DNA from: Bacteriovoracaceae bacterium
Lineage (GTDB): Bacteria; Bdellovibrionota; Bacteriovoracia; Bacteriovoracales; Bacteriovoracaceae
Assembly: GCA_049599895.1 (NCBI GenBank)
Contig: JBMYPC010000068.1
Coordinates: forward strand, 1 to 16,300
Reading direction: 5' to 3'
DNA length: 16,300 nucleotides
The first letter of the stretch is position 1. Every line of letters starts with the position of its first letter. Both the position numbers and the translations under genes were made by a program. Below, piece after piece: positions 8,233 to 16,300 of this stretch. The notes beneath the pieces are model-generated. The model ran no database searches, was not told the DNA's origin, and saw nothing but the letters and a program-made list of their open reading frames with translations.

Positions 8233-10818
8233 ATGAGCACTGCACAAGAGACCGAAAAAAAAGCAACCAAAAAGACAGCAAAGAAAACAGCAAAGAAAAC
8301 AGCTAAAAAAACAGCAAAGAAAAAAACCGCCAAAAAAACGGCAAAAAAAACGGCGAAGAAGACAGCCAAAAAAACTGCGAAAAAGAAAGTAACAAAGAAA
8401 GCCGCTGCTAAAGACGATAGTAGTGAGAAAAAAGTGACAAAGAAGAAAACAGCTAAAATACCAGCAACTCCTTACAACCTCGTGATTGTGGAATCACCCT
8501 CAAAAGCAAAAACAATAAAAAAATATCTTGGTAAAGGTTATCAAGTTGTGGCCAGTAACGGACACATTAAAGATCTTCCAAAAAGTAAGCTTGGTGTTGA
8601 TGTTAAGGAAGGCTTTGCTATTGACCTCGTTCCTATTACAGGAAAAAAAGATAAGATTCTTCGAATTCAAGAGCTCGCCAGTGCCGCTGATGAAATCTAC
8701 CTTGCACCCGATATGGACCGTGAAGGAGAGGCAATCGCTCAGCACCTTGCTGAAGAAATTGGAAAAAAGAAAAAAATTCATCGAGTGGTTTTTAACGCCG
8801 TTACAAAAACAGCTGTCAAAGCTGCGATAGAGACGCCAACCACTCTTAATCAAAATATGGTGGACTCGCAAAAGACCAGAAGAGTTCTTGATCGTTTAGT
8901 GGGTTATAAAATTTCTCCGATTCTTTGGGATAAAGTTCAAAGAGGAATTTCAGCTGGGCGAGTGCAGTCTGTTTCGTTAAGACTCATTGTTGAAAGAGAA
9001 GATGAAGTAAAGGCCTTTGTTCCTGAGCAATGGTTTTCTATTCATGGAATGCTTGAAAAAGATCAAACTCCATTTGAGATTCGTTATTATGGCGATGATC
9101 CTAAGAAAAAGCGTGATCTTAATACTGAAGCCGAAGCAAAAGAAATTGTTAATAACGTAAAAGGGAAAGACTTTCTGATTAAGGAAGTTAAAAAAAGAGA
9201 AAGAAAGCAAAATCCAACTCCTCCTTTTACAACTTCAAAGCTTCAACAGGAAGCCGCTAATAAACTTGGCTTTACTGCAAAGAAGACCATGATGATCGCT
9301 CAGAAACTCTATGAAGGGATTCAGCTGACTGATCACGGAATGCAAGGTCTTATTACTTATATGAGAACCGACTCTGTGAGAACAGCTCCGGAAGCTCTTC
9401 AAGCAGTGAGAGAGTATATTGGCACAAAGTACGGAAAAGATTATTTACCGGAAAAAGAAAATTTCTATAAGAAAAAAGGAAGCAATAAGGTTCAAGATGC
9501 CCACGAGGCCATCAGACCTACCAATATGCTTTTTACTCCAGAAGAGGTTAAAGGCGATCTTGAAACAGATCAGTTAAAGCTTTACACGCTCATTTGGAAT
9601 AAGTTTGTCGCAAGTCAGATGTCCCAGGCGATTATTGATCAAACTTCAGTTCTTATTCAATCAGAAGGACATTATTTTAAAGCCTCTGGTTCTATTATTA
9701 AATTTCCTGGTTTTCGAAAAATTTATCTTGAGGCCCTCGAAGAGAAGAGGTCTCAAAAAGGTGAGAACTTTGATGAGGATCAAAAAGTAAGTGATACTAA
9801 AGGTCTTTTACCGAATCTTTCAGAAAATGAATCAATGAAGGCCAAACAAGATCCTAAAGAAGAGGAACATTGGACTTCTCCACCGCCAAGATATAATGAA
9901 GCCTCTCTTGTTAAAGACCTTGAAGAGCAAGGTATTGGTCGACCTTCGACTTATGCTTCGATTATCTCAAATATTCAAGACCGTGGTTATGTTGAAAAAG
10001 ACCAAAACCGATTTCTTCCAACTGAACTTGGGATGGTTGTCTGTCGAATGCTTGTGGAAAGTTTCTCGGAAATTATGGATGTGAAATTTACCGCTAGCGT
10101 TGAAGAACTTCTCGATAAAATCGAAGAAGGGGACATTAAGTGGAAGAAAGTTTTATCTGACTTCTGGAGCGGCTTTGAGCAAACACTCGAAAGAGCGAAA
10201 GAAGAGATGAAAAATCTCAAAAAGCAACTTATTCCAACCGGGATGAATTGTCTTAAATGCTCTGATGGTGAATATATGATTAAGTGGGGAAGGAACGGAC
10301 AGTTCTTTGCCTGTTCAAACTATCCGGATTGTAATTCAACTCAGGACTTTAAAAGAAAAGCTGATGGCGGTTATGAAATTCTTCCAAAAAATTGGTTTCA
10401 TGATCCTTGCCCAACATGTGGGAAGAGGCTTGAGGTAAAAACTGGAAAATATGGTAGGTTTGTTCGTTGTGAGGATTATCCTCAATGTGAAACCACTCTT
10501 CCTTATACGTTACCGATTACTTGCCCAGAGTGTAAGACTGGGAAGTTTGCTGAGAAGAAAAGCCGTTACGGGAAGTTCTTCTATGGCTGTACACATTATC
10601 CTGAATGTGAAAATGCTCTTTGGTCTAAGCCTTATGAGCATGATTGTGTTTCTTGTGGATATCCGATTATGACTTTCAGGCAGACAAAGCGCGAGGGAAA
10701 ACAGCTGCAATGTCCAAAATGTAAGCATAAGGTTGATTGGGAAGACACAAGCTACGGTAAAGAAGAAGCTAAGCGTGAGGCTGAGATAGAAGCCCAAAAC
10801 CGTGAAACTGCAAGTTAG
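8233..10818 (+). CDS. topA: DNA topoisomerase I (type IA)
   Basis: TOPRIM motifs LVIVESPSKAKTIKKYLG and LAPDMDREGEAIA, plus SAGRVQS, catalytic GLITYMRTD, AHEAIRPT, GIGRPSTYA and four C-terminal Cys4 zinc-ribbon repeats. The start could be 8206 or 8233. Confidence 0.97.
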   Translation: MSTAQETEKKATKKTAKKTAKKTAKKTAKKKTAKKTAKKTAKKTAKKTAKKKVTKKAAAKDDSSEKKVTKKKTAKIPATPYNLVIVESPSKAKTIKKYLGKGYQVVASNGHIKDLPKSKLGVDVKEGFAIDLVPITGKKDKILRIQELASAADEIYLAPDMDREGEAIAQHLAEEIGKKKKIHRVVFNAVTKTAVKAAIETPTTLNQNMVDSQKTRRVLDRLVGYKISPILWDKVQRGISAGRVQSVSLRLIVEREDEVKAFVPEQWFSIHGMLEKDQTPFEIRYYGDDPKKKRDLNTEAEAKEIVNNVKGKDFLIKEVKKRERKQNPTPPFTTSKLQQEAANKLGFTAKKTMMIAQKLYEGIQLTDHGMQGLITYMRTDSVRTAPEALQAVREYIGTKYGKDYLPEKENFYKKKGSNKVQDAHEAIRPTNMLFTPEEVKGDLETDQLKLYTLIWNKFVASQMSQAIIDQTSVLIQSEGHYFKASGSIIKFPGFRKIYLEALEEKRSQKGENFDEDQKVSDTKGLLPNLSENESMKAKQDPKEEEHWTSPPPRYNEASLVKDLEEQGIGRPSTYASIISNIQDRGYVEKDQNRFLPTELGMVVCRMLVESFSEIMDVKFTASVEELLDKIEEGDIKWKKVLSDFWSGFEQTLERAKEEMKNLKKQLIPTGMNCLKCSDGEYMIKWGRNGQFFACSNYPDCNSTQDFKRKADGGYEILPKNWFHDPCPTCGKRLEVKTGKYGRFVRCEDYPQCETTLPYTLPITCPECKTGKFAEKKSRYGKFFYGCTHYPECENALWSKPYEHDCVSCGYPIMTFRQTKREGKQLQCPKCKHKVDWEDTSYGKEEAKREAEIEAQNRETAS
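8269..8379 (+). repeat. Coding tandem repeat: nine KKTA units (12-bp period, one extra Lys codon) in the topA N-terminus
   Basis: AAR AAR ACN GCN repeated nine times, with synonymous variation between units. Confidence 0.9.
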
Positions 10819-10820
10819 TT

Positions 10821-11795
10821 ATGCTGACAAAATTCTTTTATGCATTAAGATCATCAAAGGGGCCTCAAACTCCTAAGGAAGCATTTGAACTTTGGCTTAA
10901 AGGCACAGCAATGGGAGTTGCCGATCTTATCCCTGGGGTTTCGGGTGGAACAATTGCTTTTATTCTTGGGATCTATGACCAACTTCTCACTGCCGTTTCC
11001 TCTATTAATAAAGAATTCTTTAAAAAAGTAAAAGAAGTTGGGTTTCTCGAGTCCTTAAGAGAACTTCATATTAAATTTCTCTTTTTTCTCATGCTTGGGA
11101 TTTTCAGTTCAATGTTCACTCTTTCAAGAGTGATGCATTATCTTATTACTGAACAGGGAATTTATACGTGGAGTTTTTTCTTTGGGCTTATTCTTGCTTC
11201 GGTTCCACTTATTTGGTTTCAAACATCAGGAAGCGTTAAAGAAAAAGAAAGTCTTTCTCGTAAGATAATCTTTTTTATTTTTGGGGCGATCTTTGCTTAT
11301 CTTGTAGTTGGCATGATCCCAGTAGAGACTCCGGACCAACCTTGGTTTATTTATATCTGTGGGATTATTGGGATTACCGCGATGATCCTTCCTGGAATTA
11401 GTGGGTCATTTTTACTTTTGATGCTTGGAAAGTATGAGATGATCACTGGCGCATTAAAGAATCCTTTTCTTAAAGACAATGTTGGAACCTTAAGTGTTTT
11501 TAGTCTTGGCGCTTTAACTGGTCTTTTAGTTTTCTCAAAGTTTTTAAAATATCTCTTGGAGAGATTTAATCTCGCGACCATGGCCTTTCTTAATGGGGTT
11601 CTTTTAGGTTCTCTGCGAAAGGTCTGGCCATGGAAGGAAGTTCTTGAAACAAAAGTCATCCGCGGCAAAGTCAGAATCTTAAAAGAGGTCAACGTTTTAC
11701 CAGATTTCGATCAACAACTTATGATTGCCATTGTTTGTTTTTTCTTTGGTTTATCGGTGATTTATTTATTAGAGAAGAAAGGATCTCGTGATTAG
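10821..11795 (+). CDS. DUF368 family membrane protein (undecaprenyl-phosphate translocase, PopT-like)
   Basis: Signature motifs MGVADLIPGVSGGTIAFILGIYD and AMILPGISGSFLLLMLGKY, plus GSLRKVWPW and multiple TM helices. Starts 2 bp after the topA stop. Confidence 0.92.
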   Translation: MLTKFFYALRSSKGPQTPKEAFELWLKGTAMGVADLIPGVSGGTIAFILGIYDQLLTAVSSINKEFFKKVKEVGFLESLRELHIKFLFFLMLGIFSSMFTLSRVMHYLITEQGIYTWSFFFGLILASVPLIWFQTSGSVKEKESLSRKIIFFIFGAIFAYLVVGMIPVETPDQPWFIYICGIIGITAMILPGISGSFLLLMLGKYEMITGALKNPFLKDNVGTLSVFSLGALTGLLVFSKFLKYLLERFNLATMAFLNGVLLGSLRKVWPWKEVLETKVIRGKVRILKEVNVLPDFDQQLMIAIVCFFFGLSVIYLLEKKGSRD

Positions 11796-11811
11796 TTTTA
11801 TCGATTAGATC

Positions 11812-12630
11812 CTAATCAAAGATCCCCTGTAAGATACGTCGAATAATGTTGGAAAGCTTTCTTGCTTCAGCAAGCTCTTCTTGAAGTTTTTCATGCTCAA
11901 TTTGCTCTTTTATCTCTTGGTCATACTGATCGAGAAGCTCCGATGGAACTTTTTCTCTGACAACTTTATCAAGGCCTCTATCAGAAACTTCAGAGATTTT
12001 GTCACCTCTTTTAAGTTTTACGGTTTCTTCACCTTTGACAAAGTTGACCTCGCCTTCAATCACCGCAAGACTGTAAGCATCTTCATTACGGTCGACTTTA
12101 ATCAGAGAGTTTTTACCTGAAACTTTGAAGGTATTTTTTCCAAGCTTAATGTTTTTAATAGCCTTGAGCTTATCAGGGGGAGTGGTGGAAACAGTGACAC
12201 TTCCTTTAGAAAGCTGAAGGTTAATGTTTTCAACTCGCTTCTTACTCACAATATCATTTTTGTTAAATTTGAAATTGAGTTTAAGAAGAGTGTCTTGATC
12301 CTGATGAATTGCTGTTCCATCAATGAGCAAATAGGCTACTTTTGAGTTCATGGAACTAAAGACCATACTATTGGTCCTTACGAAGTCTCCTTCGCTTAAG
12401 TTGTACCAGTTCACAGAGCCTGGATATTTAATGCGGACGTTACCATCTTTAATCTTAACGACACCAATTGTTCCTTTTTTTGGCGGGGGTGTTAGGAACA
12501 ATGATTCGAAATTTAAGATTACGATGACAACTCCAACGATTGTAAGACCAAGCGTAGACTTTAGGACAATACCTAAAGATGAGGACTTCTTTGACTCCTC
12601 AGCTTGGGCCTTTGAATCTTTTGCCACCAA
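11812..12630 (-). CDS. Single-pass membrane FecR-domain protein
   Basis: One N-terminal TM helix, then FecR-like segments GNVRIK..W..L.EGDFV, DGTAIHQDQDTLLKL, LQLSKGSV and LAVIEGEV. AAGGA RBS. Start is TTG 12630 or GTG 12627. Confidence 0.7.
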   Translation of the reverse strand: MVAKDSKAQAEESKKSSSLGIVLKSTLGLTIVGVVIVILNFESLFLTPPPKKGTIGVVKIKDGNVRIKYPGSVNWYNLSEGDFVRTNSMVFSSMNSKVAYLLIDGTAIHQDQDTLLKLNFKFNKNDIVSKKRVENINLQLSKGSVTVSTTPPDKLKAIKNIKLGKNTFKVSGKNSLIKVDRNEDAYSLAVIEGEVNFVKGEETVKLKRGDKISEVSDRGLDKVVREKVPSELLDQYDQEIKEQIEHEKLQEELAEARKLSNIIRRILQGIFD

Positions 12631-12653
12631 TTTTCCTTTTTATACCTAATCCG

Positions 12654-12677
12654 TATAATGATATTAATTCTATTATA
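12654..12677. promoter_or_regulatory. Face-to-face -10 boxes in the divergent intergenic region
   Basis: TATAAT on + at 12654-12659 and TATAAT on - at 12672-12677. No good -35 elements seen. Confidence 0.4.
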
Positions 12678-12699
12678 GAGCCAAACCCTTTAAAGTACT

Positions 12700-15300
12700 A
12701 TGAAATTTTTTATTCCTCTTCGTTTAAAATTCTTGCTACTTGTTTTTGTGACATTTTCAGTCGCTGTCTACATTCTGACGAACGTATCAAGAAATCTGTA
12801 CCTAAATGATAAGGAGTCCTACATCTTTGAAGATATGCTAACCTCTGTAGAGAACGACAGCAATTTTCTTGAAGCCTATATAGAGTCCAAGACCATTATT
12901 ACTCGGGCGATGTTCAGTAATGCCATTATTAAAAAATCAGAATCTCAGGATACTCAAATCAAATTTCCTCGAGAGTTTTTTCTCGATAATCCTGCTTTTA
13001 TCGACTATACAATGTATCGCTATGGAAATAAAGAATATTTCCAGATCGAAAAAGTCAGAAATATGGGAATCAAGGAAATGTTTCCCGAGAGTACCGATCT
13101 TTTTAAAATAAAAATAAAGGGCAACAAAACTTTAAAGAACGTCATCACTGATAGAATTGTGGTGAATGTTGGCCAAGCGAAGGATGGTTCTCCCCAGCTT
13201 AAAATTGCTTTTTTCGATCTTAATACCCGGGTCGTTGGCCTTTTTCGTTTTGCCTTAAATATTCCTCTTTCTCGTATTAATACGAGTTCAAGCTATACGA
13301 AAGTTTTGCTCGGTAAAAGCAACCAAACATTATTTTCAAGTGACGATGAGCTGTTTTCTAAAGGCGATGATACATTCAAGGCGAATTTTAATAAGCTTCT
13401 TGGTATTGTCGAAAATTCAAGATCAAACTCAGGGGTTAAAACTTCAAAGTCGAGCCTTGGAACAGTTCTTTTTGCCTATAAAAAGAATCCGGACTTAGGA
13501 ACGAAGTACTTCTCCATCGTAAGAAAAGTCGATGCTTTTGCTGGGGCACAGGTCCTGGTGGTCAAAATGGTGAAAAACTCAGTGATCGTTTTTATCATCA
13601 TTCTTTTTGCAGTATTCTTTTCATCTAAAGGTCTTACAAGTTCTATTCAAAGTCTTATCGTTGCTGCAAAAGAAGCGAGTAAGGGAAATTATCAATCCAC
13701 AATTGATTTAAAGTCTGGTGATGAAATGAGTATTCTTGTGAATAGTTTCAACGCCATGATTACTAAGATTCAAGGTTATACTGAACAGCTTGAAGAATAT
13801 AATAAAACTCTTGAAGCTCAAGTAGAGGAGAGGACAAGAGATTTAAAAGTTTCAAACGACTTTATTAACGCTATGATTAACTCTCTTGATCAGGGTCTTT
13901 TTGTTTTTAGCCGTAAAGGCCGAATCCTTCCTATTTACACTAAAGCTTGTGAATTCTTTTTTGGAACTGCTCTTAATAAGAAAAAAATTGATCAGATCCT
14001 CCCAATAAATGATGGAGCAGAATTCTCATTGTGGATCAAGTCGTTGTTTGAGGAAAAAATTCCGTTTGATAGTATTGCTCAGCTAGGGCCAAATCACATT
14101 ATGCCTTTTGGGGATGATGTTGACTCAGAAGAGTTTCTTTATGTCACTTTTAACTATTATCCCATGCGAGATGAAGAAGAGAAGATTCAGTATATTGTCG
14201 TCGTTGCTACCGATAAAACTGTGGAGTATCGTTCAGAGAAACGATTTGAAAAGCAAAAGGGCTATGTTGAAAGAATTAGTAAAATGATTAAAAACAAAAC
14301 TCAGTTCATCACTTTCTTAAGCGAAGCAAAGCTTAACTTCAAGAAGGCCAGAGAGTACTTTGATGATGGAGAAAATGTCTTTAATTATGATGGGCTCATG
14401 CGAATATTTCATAGTCTTAAAGGTATTGCGGGCCAATATGCAGTGAAAGACCTTGCTGATTATGTTCATGAATGCGAAACCAATCTCTCTCCTTATGGAC
14501 AGTTAGGTCCAGATGAAAGAAAGAAGTTTCTTCCCAATCTCATTAATAACGTTGAAGAGATGGAAGAGATTCTCCAAAATACCATCAGACAATCCGTAGA
14601 CTTTCTTGGTGAAAGTGCCGTGGATGGAAAAGTAAGAGAAGAGATTAAAAGAGAGACTCTTTACGAGTTTAAAGCCCTTATGTCGAAGTCTGAGATTGAT
14701 CCTGATGTTCAAATGAACTTTTCAAATACCTTCCTTCGAAAGCCTATTAAAACCTATTTTAAAGTGTATGAAGACCTGGTGGATGAACTTGGCAAACAAC
14801 TTGAAAAAGATATTAATCCCATCGTTTATAAAGATGGTGAACTGCCAGTTGATCTTGAGTACTATTCAGAATTTTTTAGTAATTGTGTTCACGTCTTTAG
14901 AAACATTATGGACCATGGGATTGAGCTTCCTATGGTGCGAGAAAGAAGAGAAAAGAGCCCAGCAGGAACGATCACTATTAGTTTTAACCGAGATGATGTG
15001 AAAAAGAGACTCGGAATTCAAATCTCTGATGATGGCGCCGGTATTGATCCTGAGAAGATTCGACAGAAACTTAAAGAGAAGGGCTATCCTGAAAATGTCA
15101 TTAATGAGGCTGATGACAAAGTTATTGAGCATATTTTTGATCCAGATTTCAGTACGCGTTCAGAAGTAACCGACGTCTCTGGTCGAGGGGTTGGGATGGA
15201 CTCTGTACGAAGTGTTGTGATTGAGCTAGGTGGTCAGGTAAATGTTGTCTCTGAAAAAGGTAAAGGAACCTCATTTATGATCGATTTACCTTATGTTTAA
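12700..15300 (+). CDS. Membrane sensor histidine kinase: periplasmic sensor-HAMP-PAS-Hpt-CheA-type HATPase
   Basis: Two TM helices flank a ~260-aa extracytoplasmic domain. HAMP (GNY...DEMSILVNSFNAM), S-helix LEAQVEERTRDL, PAS-like INSLDQGLFVF, Hpt RIFHSLKGIAG, and CheA-type boxes HVFRNIMDHGIE, DDGAGID, IFDPDFST, SGRGVGMD and GKGT. Confidence 0.9.
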   Translation: MKFFIPLRLKFLLLVFVTFSVAVYILTNVSRNLYLNDKESYIFEDMLTSVENDSNFLEAYIESKTIITRAMFSNAIIKKSESQDTQIKFPREFFLDNPAFIDYTMYRYGNKEYFQIEKVRNMGIKEMFPESTDLFKIKIKGNKTLKNVITDRIVVNVGQAKDGSPQLKIAFFDLNTRVVGLFRFALNIPLSRINTSSSYTKVLLGKSNQTLFSSDDELFSKGDDTFKANFNKLLGIVENSRSNSGVKTSKSSLGTVLFAYKKNPDLGTKYFSIVRKVDAFAGAQVLVVKMVKNSVIVFIIILFAVFFSSKGLTSSIQSLIVAAKEASKGNYQSTIDLKSGDEMSILVNSFNAMITKIQGYTEQLEEYNKTLEAQVEERTRDLKVSNDFINAMINSLDQGLFVFSRKGRILPIYTKACEFFFGTALNKKKIDQILPINDGAEFSLWIKSLFEEKIPFDSIAQLGPNHIMPFGDDVDSEEFLYVTFNYYPMRDEEEKIQYIVVVATDKTVEYRSEKRFEKQKGYVERISKMIKNKTQFITFLSEAKLNFKKAREYFDDGENVFNYDGLMRIFHSLKGIAGQYAVKDLADYVHECETNLSPYGQLGPDERKKFLPNLINNVEEMEEILQNTIRQSVDFLGESAVDGKVREEIKRETLYEFKALMSKSEIDPDVQMNFSNTFLRKPIKTYFKVYEDLVDELGKQLEKDINPIVYKDGELPVDLEYYSEFFSNCVHVFRNIMDHGIELPMVRERREKSPAGTITISFNRDDVKKRLGIQISDDGAGIDPEKIRQKLKEKGYPENVINEADDKVIEHIFDPDFSTRSEVTDVSGRGVGMDSVRSVVIELGGQVNVVSEKGKGTSFMIDLPYV

Positions 15301-15388
15301 ACTCAGGTTCTTTCTTTTCACCCCATATTTATGACAGTTTTTTCCACTTCAGGTTTTGAATCTCTATACCGTGATATTTTATTAGGGT

Positions 15389-16003
15389 ATGAAAGTGCGC
15401 GTATTTCTTACATTCTTGAGTCTTGTTGCTTTTTCGCTGAAAGCTCATGGCAAAATGGGCTTTAATAGCCACCAAATCTCTTTTAGTACGGGGACAGTTT
15501 CGACCTCTTATACAGAGAAGGTATCGGAGTTAGAGGGCTCTACAGCAGAGCCTGATTCCAACACAGCAACAACTCTTCCTTTTGATATAACTTATGAGTT
15601 TTTTACTGGGCAGTCACGTTCGTATTTTGTCAAAGGGCTTGTTCCAATGATCTCCCCAGGCGAGGAGACTTTTTTCACTGTGAGTGGGGGAATCAATTTT
15701 TATATTAAATCATTGAGTTCAATTGGTGTTTTTAAAAGTTCTGAGATCGAGTTAAAAATTGTTCCTAAGTGGAGATATTTTTGGGGAATCAACGCAGGGA
15801 TTGGGACTTTGACGTATACCACTCAAACTTCAAAAGAACTTGATCAGACCTTTGAAGTGGGTCTTCACGGAGGGCTTATTTATAATCTTAGTTCTAAGTG
15901 GGGAGTGCGAGCTGAAGGCTCTTACAATATGGGAACAGGGATTAAAGTCGCTTCTACAACAACAATGAAAATCTTGCTTGGGGCAAGTTATTATCTTGAG
16001 TAG
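15389..16003 (+). CDS. Outer-membrane beta-barrel protein (small, probably 8-stranded)
   Basis: Signal peptide ending AHG. Alternating hydrophobic strands rich in Gly and aromatic residues (YFWGINAGIG, GLHGGLIYNL, WGVRAEGSY, LLGASYYL). Confidence 0.7.
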   Translation: MKVRVFLTFLSLVAFSLKAHGKMGFNSHQISFSTGTVSTSYTEKVSELEGSTAEPDSNTATTLPFDITYEFFTGQSRSYFVKGLVPMISPGEETFFTVSGGINFYIKSLSSIGVFKSSEIELKIVPKWRYFWGINAGIGTLTYTTQTSKELDQTFEVGLHGGLIYNLSSKWGVRAEGSYNMGTGIKVASTTTMKILLGASYYLE

Positions 16004-16021
16004 GTGAATAAGGTGCACGAG

Positions 16022-16300
16022 ATGAAAATGAAGTCATTATTATGTTTGATCGGGATGTTATTCTTAGTCGACTCTGCTCTTGCAGACAAGGTCAAGATTG
16101 AATCTGATCCGAGTGAGGCGGAAGTCTTTGTTCGAGAACTTGGACAGATGAGTTATAAGAAAATTGGAAAAACTCCTCTTGAAACATCTTTTAAAGAACT
16201 CAAAACTTACTTTGTAAAGAGTAGCGTATTTCTTGTTGAGGTAAGACAAAAAGGTTTTAATCCATACCGTGTTACAGTGAATGACATTAGTGGTGCTGAG
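16022..16300 (+). CDS. Exported PEGA-domain protein, partial (runs off the window end; absent from the ORF track)
   Basis: Open frame from ATG 16022 with AAGGTG upstream: MKMKSLLCLIGMLFLVDSALA-DKVKIESDPSEAEVFV...IGKTPL...VEVRQKGFNPY. This is a signal peptide plus the PEGA signature S.P..A.V/GKTP/KGF. Confidence 0.8.
   Translation, partial: MKMKSLLCLIGMLFLVDSALADKVKIESDPSEAEVFVRELGQMSYKKIGKTPLETSFKELKTYFVKSSVFLVEVRQKGFNPYRVTVNDISGAE

Noticed and set aside
8269..8379. Tandem repeat as a CRISPR array or phase-variable tract
   Set aside because: In-frame 12-bp coding repeat with synonymous variation and no spacers. The A-runs are explained by Lys codons.
11780..11817. Inverted repeats (AGGATCT/AGATCCT; GATTAG/CTAATC) at the convergent DUF368/fecR junction as a terminator
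   Set aside because: Short stems or long loops and no clear U-tract, which is insufficient to call a terminator.
12700..15300. Calling the kinase cheA
   Set aside because: It has TM sensor/HAMP/PAS input and no CheW domain, and no chemotaxis genes are adjacent.
298..16018. Remaining short nested or alternative-frame ORFs in the track
   Set aside because: All lie within or largely overlap well-supported genes and lack recognisable motifs.
16064..16249. 61-aa minus-strand ORF
   Set aside because: Shadow of the plus-strand PEGA gene.

Overview
AT-rich bacterial chromosomal window. Gene content and style suggest Bdellovibrionota, probably Bacteriovoracaceae/Halobacteriovorax-like (inference). 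In order: bcp peroxiredoxin, a secreted EEP-family nuclease/phosphatase, a DUF4156-like lipoprotein, a shortened and divergent PEP carboxylase, and a DUF4911-like gene on the minus strand. Next come a strong sigma70-type promoter and a GC-rich, multi-hairpin leader of about 170 nt, followed by a CpoB/YbgF-like TPR lipoprotein, a LysM (TsaP-like) protein, topA with an N-terminal histone-H1-like KKTA repeat tail, and DUF368. The right end holds a divergently arranged candidate trans-envelope signalling module: a membrane-anchored FecR-domain protein, a membrane-bound HAMP-PAS-Hpt-HATPase (CheA-like, no CheW domain) kinase, an outer-membrane beta-barrel, and an exported PEGA-domain protein cut by the window end. 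No rRNA, tRNA, CRISPR array or mobile element was recognised. All family assignments are from motif recognition by eye, not from database searches.
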